The notes beneath the pieces were generated by a model, which saw only the letters and a list, made by a program, of their open reading frames with translations, did not search any database and was not told the origin of the DNA. Shown piece after piece: positions 56,039 through 63,112 of a stretch of DNA of 64,000 nucleotides (positions are counted from its first letter, which is position 1; each line of letters begins with the position of its first letter). A program made the position numbers and the translations under genes. The stretch spans positions 440 through 64,439 of the forward strand of contig JABILI010000088.1 in assembly GCA_018654575.1 (NCBI GenBank). The letters run 5' to 3'. Source of the stretch: Porticoccaceae bacterium. Lineage in GTDB: Bacteria; Pseudomonadota; Gammaproteobacteria; Pseudomonadales; Porticoccaceae.

Positions 56039-56491
56039 TTACTTTCTTTTCTCGCGGAAAAAATCTCGCATAACCGCACCGCACTGATCAGCTAGAACAC
56101 CTCCGTGCCACTCGATAACATGATTGTAATAATCACCATCCATTAACTGCAATTGGCTTTGCAACGCACCCGCCCTAGCTTCAGCAGCACCAAAAATAAT
56201 TCGCTTGATACGGGCATGGACCATAGCGCCTACACACATAGTGCACGGCTCTATCGTCACATAGAGCTCACAACCCGTGAGTCTGTAGTTGTTCACAAGA
56301 GCGGCCGCATTACGGATAGCAATGATTTCAGCATGGGCTGTGGGGTCACCACAAGAAATAGGTTGGTTATAGCCCTCTCCGATAACCTCTCCATCTTTAA
56401 CAACCACCGCACCCACCGGAACCTCACCAACATCAGCGGCCTGTTGAGCTAGTTCAAGCGCTCTAGCCATATAACTATTATCTGTGTTCAA
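56039..56491 (-). CDS. tadA: tRNA adenosine(34) deaminase (start uncertain: TTG 56491 or ATG 56470)
   Basis: GEVPVGAV, DPTAHAE and TIEPCTMC. Confidence 0.95.
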   Translation of the reverse strand: MNTDNSYMARALELAQQAADVGEVPVGAVVVKDGEVIGEGYNQPISCGDPTAHAEIIAIRNAAALVNNYRLTGCELYVTIEPCTMCVGAMVHARIKRIIFGAAEARAGALQSQLQLMDGDYYNHVIEWHGGVLADQCGAVMRDFFREKRK

Positions 56492-56880
56492 TCTAGCACT
56501 CACTTTCTGCGTATCGTTTAAAATCAAAATATAGAGATCTCTTAACACTATAATGCCAGTATCAACAGAAAAAATCCCTACCCATGATCCACTGTAAATG
56601 GTGGGCATAGGCTGAAATACTTCATAATTAGCAATCAATCACCGTAGATCAACTAAAAAGTTACCTTAAGAGGGTTCCTTGCCACAGTTAGGTCAGTTAA
56701 CTCAATAGATTCAGATCAATATGTTGATGGTTCAATAGATTTAATTCACATGTCCTATCGCAGGTAGATAGGTTGTATGTTAACCTCCGCGCCACCACGC
56801 TGTTAAAGGCGAGGGTGTGTTACGCACTATTAACTTAAAAATCAACAAACCGTTGTTATCACTTTCTCTAGGGGAGAATT

Positions 56881-59388
56881 ATGAAAACTATTAATATTTG
56901 GAAAATAAATACGATCGCAGCAGCAATCATTGCTGGTGGCATTACGCTACCAACAGTGGCAACTGCCGCCGACGCGACGCTAGAAGAGGTCGTTGTCATA
57001 GGTTCTCGCGGAGCACCTCGCTCTGTGGGAGATTCACCAGTACCTGTTGATGTAATCGACGCTGAAGAACTTGGTAAAGCAGGCAGCAATGACCTTCTTA
57101 TGCAACTTCAAAGCGCTGTACCTTCACTTAATGTTCACTTACAGCCTATCAGTGATGCGGCTAGTATGATTCGTCCTGGCAATTTGCGCGGCTTATCTTC
57201 AGACAGCACCTTGATCATGGTTAACGGCAAGCGTCGTCACCGTGCATCAGTGATTGCCTTTCAAGGCGGTGGTGTTAATGATGGTTCTCAGGGTGCAGAC
57301 ATCTCAGTGATTCCAAGCATCGCTCTTAAGCGTGTTGAAGTTCTGCGTGATGGTGCTGCGGCACAGTATGGTTCTGACGCCGTTGCAGGTGTAATCAACT
57401 TTATCTTAGATGATTCATCTGAAGGTGGAAGCTTGACTATTAAGTCAGGTGAGTACAGCAAAGGTGATGGTGCAAGCACAGTTGTAGCTGGAAAAATTGG
57501 CATGTCATTAACTGATGCTGGATTTATGAACCTCAGCTTCCAAATGAAAGAGAATGATGCAACTTCTCGTAGCATGCAGCGTCCAGATGCTCAGGCTCTT
57601 ATCGACGCGGGTAATACGTCTATAGCTAACCCAGTTCAAATCTGGGGTGCTCCGATCATCGATGATGACGTGACTTTCTTCTTTAACTCTGGTCTAGACC
57701 TTGGCAACGGAGCAAAAGCATACGCCTTCGGTAACTATTCTGAGCGCGACATCGATGGTGGCTTTTACTACCGTAATCCTGATGGCCGTGGCGGCGTATT
57801 CACTAAAGGTGATGGCACTCGTCTGATTGCTGACGTTACAGGCGATATGTCTGGTAACTGTCCAACAGCGCTTGCTCCTTCTGATTATGCAGGTCGTGAT
57901 GCAGTCATAGCTGATCCTAATTGCTACATTCTTAACCAAGCGGCGCCTGGCGGCTATACGCCTCGCTTCACAGGTAATATCACTGACTCATCTTTCACAA
58001 TGGGAAGAAGCGGCGAGATTTCCTCAGGACCAATGGCCGGTACTGGCTATGACGTTAGTGGTTCGGTTGGTCGTAACGAATCTTCATTTGGCTTGAACAA
58101 CACCTTTAACCCATCTATGGGTCCTGACTCTCCACGTGACTTTAAGACTGGTAGCTACATCCAGTTAGCTAAGACCTTCAATTTGGATATGTCGAAGGAA
58201 TACGGATCTATGAGCGTTGGTTACGGTGCTGAATGGCGCGAAACTACTTTCTCTGTAATTTCAGGTGAAGAGTCTTCTTGGAAAGCAGGAAAATATGCTA
58301 CTCAAGGTTTCAATGTAGGTTCACACGGTTTCGCAGGTTTCTCACCTGATTCAGCCGGTGCGTTCTCTCGTCGTAACTATGCTATGTATGTTGATGTTGC
58401 AAACCAAGTCTCTGACAATCTATTAGTTCAGGGTGCGGTTCGTTACGAAGACTACACAAGCTTCGGTGACACTACTAACTATAAGTTAGCCTTTAACCTT
58501 CAGTTGACTGATAACGTTGCACTGCGTGGATCTCACAGTACTGGTTTCCGAGCTCCAACTCAGGGCCAGGCTAACGTAGTTAACACTCAAACTACTCTAG
58601 TAGACGGTCAATTGACTCAGGCGCAAACGCTACCTGGCTTTAAACTGGGCGCAGGTGATCTGCAGCCAGAAGAGTCTACAAGCTTTGCATTCGGTATTGT
58701 CGCTACTCTAGGTGAAGTTGAGTTGACGGCTGACTGGTTCAATATTGAAGTAGAAGACCGTATCGCTCTAACGAGTAATGCTGCACCTACTCCGGCTCAG
58801 CGAGCTGCTATGGGCGCTGCTGGTATTCCTAACCCAGAGTTGATCGGCGAAGTAAACTACTTCACTAATGACTTCAACACTGAAACTTCAGGACTAGACG
58901 TTGTAGCAACTTACAGCACTAACCTTATGGGCGGTTCAACTGACTTCAGCGCAGCGTATAACTACACTGACACTGAAGTTTCTGATCAAGGTTCTGTCAC
59001 TAGCGATAGCAAAGTGAAGCGTTTAGAAGAAGGTTTGCCGAATCATCGTGCAACTTTCACTATGAACCAGAACTGGGAAGATCTGAGCGCATTTGTTCGT
59101 GCTAACTACTTTGGTGAGTACTATGCAGTACACGCTGACTGGTTTGGTAATGACGCTGATGCGGCTATGACAGTTGACGTAGAAGTGACTTACAACCTCA
59201 GTGACAACTTCAACGTTTCTGTTGGTGCTCAGAACATCTTTGATCAAAAAGCAGAGCGCATTGAAGGCTCAGCTGGCGCGGTAGAAGCAGGCGTACCAGG
59301 TAACGTACTTGGCGCAATCTACTACGAGACTTCGCCAATGGGTATCGAAGGTGCTTACTGGTACATGAAGGCAGGATACAACTTCTAA
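56881..59388 (+). CDS. TonB-dependent outer membrane receptor
   Basis: Signal peptide, TonB box EEVVVIGSR, plug (LRGL...VNGKR, RVEVLRDGAAAQYGSDAVAGVINF) and C-terminal GYNF. Confidence 0.96.
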   Translation: MKTINIWKINTIAAAIIAGGITLPTVATAADATLEEVVVIGSRGAPRSVGDSPVPVDVIDAEELGKAGSNDLLMQLQSAVPSLNVHLQPISDAASMIRPGNLRGLSSDSTLIMVNGKRRHRASVIAFQGGGVNDGSQGADISVIPSIALKRVEVLRDGAAAQYGSDAVAGVINFILDDSSEGGSLTIKSGEYSKGDGASTVVAGKIGMSLTDAGFMNLSFQMKENDATSRSMQRPDAQALIDAGNTSIANPVQIWGAPIIDDDVTFFFNSGLDLGNGAKAYAFGNYSERDIDGGFYYRNPDGRGGVFTKGDGTRLIADVTGDMSGNCPTALAPSDYAGRDAVIADPNCYILNQAAPGGYTPRFTGNITDSSFTMGRSGEISSGPMAGTGYDVSGSVGRNESSFGLNNTFNPSMGPDSPRDFKTGSYIQLAKTFNLDMSKEYGSMSVGYGAEWRETTFSVISGEESSWKAGKYATQGFNVGSHGFAGFSPDSAGAFSRRNYAMYVDVANQVSDNLLVQGAVRYEDYTSFGDTTNYKLAFNLQLTDNVALRGSHSTGFRAPTQGQANVVNTQTTLVDGQLTQAQTLPGFKLGAGDLQPEESTSFAFGIVATLGEVELTADWFNIEVEDRIALTSNAAPTPAQRAAMGAAGIPNPELIGEVNYFTNDFNTETSGLDVVATYSTNLMGGSTDFSAAYNYTDTEVSDQGSVTSDSKVKRLEEGLPNHRATFTMNQNWEDLSAFVRANYFGEYYAVHADWFGNDADAAMTVDVEVTYNLSDNFNVSVGAQNIFDQKAERIEGSAGAVEAGVPGNVLGAIYYETSPMGIEGAYWYMKAGYNF

Positions 59389-59450
59389 TTGATTCGTAAT
59401 GAGTTTTTAGAAGTTTAAGTCAGGCCTCAGGGTCTAACTTAAAGTCCACT

Positions 59451-59481
59451 AAAAGGGGTGCCAATTGGCATCCCTTTTTTT
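59451..59481 (+). terminator. Rho-independent terminator of the TonB-dependent receptor
   Basis: GGGGTGCC-AATT-GGCATCCC followed by T7. Confidence 0.9.
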
Positions 59482-59506
59482 GTCCGTAATACTTCACCAA
59501 AAAGGA

Positions 59507-59534
59507 TTGACAGAAAAACTCAATCCTATACCCT
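59507..59534 (+). promoter_or_regulatory. Sigma70 promoter of the metal operon
   Basis: TTGACA (59507-59512), 16-bp spacer, TACCCT (59529-59534, TAnnnT). Confidence 0.6.
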
Positions 59535-59544
59535 ATGGGGGTAT
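59528..59544 (+). promoter_or_regulatory. CsoR/RcnR-family operator
   Basis: Pseudo-palindrome ATACCC-TATGG-GGGTAT with C- and G-tracts. It overlaps the -10 and the start codon, and a csoR-like gene ends the same operon. Confidence 0.85.
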
Positions 59545-60142
59545 GAGAGCCCTAATTATTATTCTATGCGCGCTATTGTCTTCAGCCTCTTTTTCAAGGC
59601 CCATTTCCTATGTCGGTGGGCATACGCTAATGGCCAACTCCAACTCTCTGACAGACAATATCTACTGGCACTACACACCAAACATTAACTACTCTGTAGG
59701 TCTGGACTACCAGAAAGATAAAGTTAGTAACGAATACTTTCCATCAGCACGGTTCACCTACCTCATAAACCGTAAAAATGCCGCACAATCCCAGCGTAAT
59801 CTCTATCTGAAGACGGGCGTTGGTCTAAATAATAGTAACAACCATTTTTATTCGCTGGCGGGCGATTGGGAGACAAGACGGCTATTTACTAGCTTCTCTA
59901 TTAAGCAATCTTCGGGGGTCGGGTACGACATGTTCGAACAGTCAGTCAAAGTTGGCGTAGCGCCCTATCTGGGAGCCTATGGTGACTTCCATACGTGGCT
60001 GATGGTCGAAACAAAGAAGAACGATTTAGACAATGAACGAATTACGTACCCAGTACTTAGATTCTTTAAAGGCGGGGCAGCGTTTGAAATAAGCTATCAC
60101 AAAAAAACAGATTGGGACATCCATTTGATGTACCGGTTCTAA
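59543..60142 (+). CDS. Hypothetical secreted protein, probable small outer-membrane beta-barrel
   Basis: 199 aa from ATG 59543, signal peptide MRALIIILCALLSSASFS, alternating aromatic/polar strands and C-terminal Phe (IHLMYRF). Confidence 0.7.
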   Translation: MRALIIILCALLSSASFSRPISYVGGHTLMANSNSLTDNIYWHYTPNINYSVGLDYQKDKVSNEYFPSARFTYLINRKNAAQSQRNLYLKTGVGLNNSNNHFYSLAGDWETRRLFTSFSIKQSSGVGYDMFEQSVKVGVAPYLGAYGDFHTWLMVETKKNDLDNERITYPVLRFFKGGAAFEISYHKKTDWDIHLMYRF

Positions 60143-60167
60143 TCATTAACCAAGAGATGAGACAATT

Positions 60168-60575
60168 ATGGAAAAATTATTATTACTAGGCTTACTACTG
60201 ACCTCTTCATTCCTTCACGCTGAGCCCCACGAAATGGGAAACATGCTTTCCCATGAGGGACATCTGCACGAAGCCATGGTCGACGGCAAAGAGCTCGTTG
60301 TGGACCCCAAGCGTTTTGATCTATTTGTAGAGGGTCTGAAGAATAACCAAATTGCTTTAGTCAGCGTTCAAGGGATGGTCTGTGATTTCTGTGCGCGAGG
60401 AATAGCAAAGACGTTTGGCAAAGATAAATCTGTCACCAAAGTCGACGTCGATCTAGCCTCAGGTAAAGTCCTGCTGGCCTATCCAGCAGCGTTTGAGATT
60501 AGCCTAGAAGATATCGAGAAGAAAATTCTCAATAACGGGCTTAACACCACTGATATTCAAATTATGAGTAATTAA
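60168..60575 (+). CDS. Secreted heavy-metal-associated (HMA; MerP/CopZ-like) protein with His-rich N-terminus
   Basis: Signal peptide, EPHEMGNMLSHEGHLHEAM, then VQGMVCDFCARGI (GMxCxxC). Confidence 0.85.
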   Translation: MEKLLLLGLLLTSSFLHAEPHEMGNMLSHEGHLHEAMVDGKELVVDPKRFDLFVEGLKNNQIALVSVQGMVCDFCARGIAKTFGKDKSVTKVDVDLASGKVLLAYPAAFEISLEDIEKKILNNGLNTTDIQIMSN

Positions 60576-60576
60576 G

Positions 60577-60942
60577 GTGGAGGACAAAACTACCAACTTC
60601 TTCTCTTTATTCGCCTCGACCTCAACCTTGATTTGCTGTGCCTTGCCTGCATTATTCGTAAGCCTGGGTGCAGGTGCAAGCTTTGCCAGCCTAGTAAGTA
60701 CCTTCCCTTTCTTGGTGACCCTGTCGCAGTACAAGATACCGATCAGTGTGTCTGCATTGCTGATGATCGTCATCGCAGGAATCATTAACTACCGAACGGC
60801 TAGATTACCCTGCCCCATAGATCCGGAGCTAGGTAAAGTTTGTATGGAAACCCGTCGACAATCTCAAAGACTCTACTTCGTATCGACAGGTATTTTTATT
60901 TTTGCGAGTTTTTTCACCTATGTAGTCCCACTGATAATCTAA
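60577..60942 (+). CDS. MerT/MerC-like small membrane metal transporter
   Basis: Three hydrophobic segments, vicinal Cys pair in TM1 (LICCALP) and a second Cys pair in a loop (PCPIDPELGKVC). Confidence 0.7.
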   Translation: MEDKTTNFFSLFASTSTLICCALPALFVSLGAGASFASLVSTFPFLVTLSQYKIPISVSALLMIVIAGIINYRTARLPCPIDPELGKVCMETRRQSQRLYFVSTGIFIFASFFTYVVPLII

Positions 60943-60956
60943 GATAAGGTTCTATT

Positions 60957-61220
60957 ATGAAATCATCGTGCCATAGGCCACTTATACCTAATTTGAACCG
61001 CATTAGCGGTCAAATTAAAGGCGTCGCCAAAATGGTCGACGAGGGACAATATTGCGTCGATATACTCGACCAACTGAGGGCTGCAAAGTCGGCCATAACG
61101 ACGGTAGAAAACAAAATTCTCGAAAAACATATTCAAGAATGTGTCACCGTTTCACTTCAGTCTCAAGAAGATGTCAATACTAAGATCCAAGAATTAATGC
61201 ATATACTCAAACGTAAATAA
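60957..61220 (+). CDS. CsoR/RcnR family metal-sensitive transcriptional repressor
   Basis: LNRISGQIKGVAKMV..GQYCVDILDQLRAAKSA...EKHIQEC. Ligands C33/H58/C62, with Y32 and E79. Confidence 0.92.
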   Translation: MKSSCHRPLIPNLNRISGQIKGVAKMVDEGQYCVDILDQLRAAKSAITTVENKILEKHIQECVTVSLQSQEDVNTKIQELMHILKRK

Positions 61221-61262
61221 AAAAGCGTACTGCCCTTGAGCTTGCGTCTGGCTTGATGGCCT

Positions 61263-61967
61263 TTAATGAGTAGTCTGCAACTGTGACTGATGTTCAAAGG
61301 CAAAACTCAACGAAAAGACACTAACGACACTTGCTATAACAATTAACTTCTGGATCGATGCCTGCCTAACCATTTCTTCGGCACTATCGAAGGGGTTTCC
61401 ACCCATGATCTGATAAACCACATAAGCGACAACACAAACCAAATAGACACCAGTCACCAAAGCAAAACGATTTGCGACCGAACTGCGTAATAACACAATG
61501 AAATAGAGCAGAGATGCGGGAATGAGAAACCTAAACGCATTTATTGCAAAAAAAACATGCAAATCAAGATACAAATCATAGGGTGTTAACCCAACTCCAG
61601 CAAAAAAAACCGTACCCAAGAAAAATAATGCAGAACCCGCTAGAGCCAAGCGATAATTGACTCCATCTTCTCTAAACAATGCAGGTACATACAAAAATCC
61701 GATCCCAACTGCTGCGAAAAGAAACATGCCTACATTAAAAAAGAACGACGCAATAAAATTAACGTCTCCAGAATGAGATTGGTAGCCACCCAGATCGCTT
61801 AAAAAATTATGAGTAAAAGAATAGCCAACTTGGTTGACGTCATGAATATTACCTCCAGGATAACTATAAATACCGACGCATACTGCAATAATGAAAAAGC
61901 TCGGCACAAAACGAAGAACACTTACCGTCCAAAAATGACTCATCCAATCCACTCCCTGTTCAATCAT
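61263..61967 (-). CDS. Integral membrane protein, DUF998-like (start 61967 or 61943)
   Basis: About six TM segments. YPGG...GYSFTHNFLSDLG resembles the DUF998 GYS...ISxLG motif. Confidence 0.65.
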   Translation of the reverse strand: MIEQGVDWMSHFWTVSVLRFVPSFFIIAVCVGIYSYPGGNIHDVNQVGYSFTHNFLSDLGGYQSHSGDVNFIASFFFNVGMFLFAAVGIGFLYVPALFREDGVNYRLALAGSALFFLGTVFFAGVGLTPYDLYLDLHVFFAINAFRFLIPASLLYFIVLLRSSVANRFALVTGVYLVCVVAYVVYQIMGGNPFDSAEEMVRQASIQKLIVIASVVSVFSLSFAFEHQSQLQTTH

Positions 61968-62021
61968 CTAAGCGTACCAGAGGAATCCACAGTAATCAGC
62001 AAGGTCACTTGCTTTTTTTAC

Positions 62022-62048
62022 GTAAATGATAATAATAACCGTTCTCAT
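62022..62048. promoter_or_regulatory. Fur box (two overlapping matches)
   Basis: GATAATAATAACCGTTCTC (62028-62046) matches 15/19 of GATAATGATAATCATTATC. An overlapping site at 62022 matches 14/19. It lies upstream of an Fe3+ SBP gene. Confidence 0.85.
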
Positions 62049-62071
62049 ATAGTTTTTGACAGGATGTTGTA

Positions 62072-63112
62072 ATGCCCCAACGACCAGCCCCTCTAAATAC
62101 TGCGCTTGGCACAGTGTTTGCGCTTTTGACTTTCTTTATCGCTCCGACTTTTTCGTACGGCGATGAACTGAACATTTACTCTGCGCGCCAAGAGTCGTTA
62201 ATCAAACCTTTACTTGATCGCTTTACCGTTCTCACCGGTACTAAGATAAATTTGGTGACTGGCAAGGGTGATGCACTGCTGACTCGACTAAGAAGTGAAG
62301 GATTAAACTCACCAGCAGATGTATTACTAACCGTAGATGCAGGCCGTCTTTATAGAGCTCAACAAGCAGGCGTTTTGCAGCCGATTTCCTCACAGGGCCT
62401 TAACGAAGCTATACCCCAGCATCTTAGAAGCCCTGAGAACCGATGGTATGGCTTAAGTATTCGTGCACGCGTCATTATTTATGCGTCGGAGCGGATTGAT
62501 CCTTCTGAATTAAGCACCTATGAGGCTCTATCAGCCCCCGCATGGAAGGGCAAAATATGTATTCGCTCATCAAACAACATCTATAACCAATCTTTAGTGG
62601 CAGGCATAATCGCCTCTCAGGGTATGGAAAAAACAGAGGCATGGCTAAATGGTTTTGTCGAGAATTTTGCTCGTCCCCCTGCAGGTGGTGACCGAGATCA
62701 AATCAAGGCCGTTGCTGCAGGACAATGCGATGTAGCCATTGTTAACAGCTACTACCTCGGCGGAATGATCAACTCTGATGATAAAAGACAGCAGGAGGCC
62801 GCCTCAAAAGTGCATTTATTTTGGCCAAACCAAAATGATCGTGGCGCTCATATCAATATATCGGGTGCAGGTATCACGCAATCAGCAAAAAATGTAGGAT
62901 CAGCTAAACGGCTACTAGCTTTTTTGGCTAATGATGAAAGTCAACAATGGTACGGTGAAACGAATAATGAGTTTCCAGTGCGGCCTGAAGTAGATGTCAG
63001 TAAAACATTAAGTGCCTGGGGTCCTTTTAAAGCTGATCAGCTAAATGTGGGTGAGTTAGGTCGATATAATGCTGACGCTATTATGGCAATGGATCGTGCT
63101 GGTTGGAAATAA
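62072..63112 (+). CDS. Fe(3+) ABC transporter substrate-binding protein (FbpA/FutA/SfuA family)
   Basis: LNIYSARQESL, SPADVLLTVDAG, IRSSNNIYNQSL, GGDRDQI and NSYY tyrosine pair. Confidence 0.93.
   Translation: MPQRPAPLNTALGTVFALLTFFIAPTFSYGDELNIYSARQESLIKPLLDRFTVLTGTKINLVTGKGDALLTRLRSEGLNSPADVLLTVDAGRLYRAQQAGVLQPISSQGLNEAIPQHLRSPENRWYGLSIRARVIIYASERIDPSELSTYEALSAPAWKGKICIRSSNNIYNQSLVAGIIASQGMEKTEAWLNGFVENFARPPAGGDRDQIKAVAAGQCDVAIVNSYYLGGMINSDDKRQQEAASKVHLFWPNQNDRGAHINISGAGITQSAKNVGSAKRLLAFLANDESQQWYGETNNEFPVRPEVDVSKTLSAWGPFKADQLNVGELGRYNADAIMAMDRAGWK

Noticed and set aside
56640-56700. Possible cobalamin or preQ1 riboswitch fragments (AGAGGGTTCC, GCCACAG)
   Set aside because: Only short word matches; the core consensus and pairing are absent.
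59465-59542. ORF-track TTG start at 59465 for the barrel-like gene
   Set aside because: It lies inside the upstream terminator and promoter. The signal peptide begins at ATG 59543.
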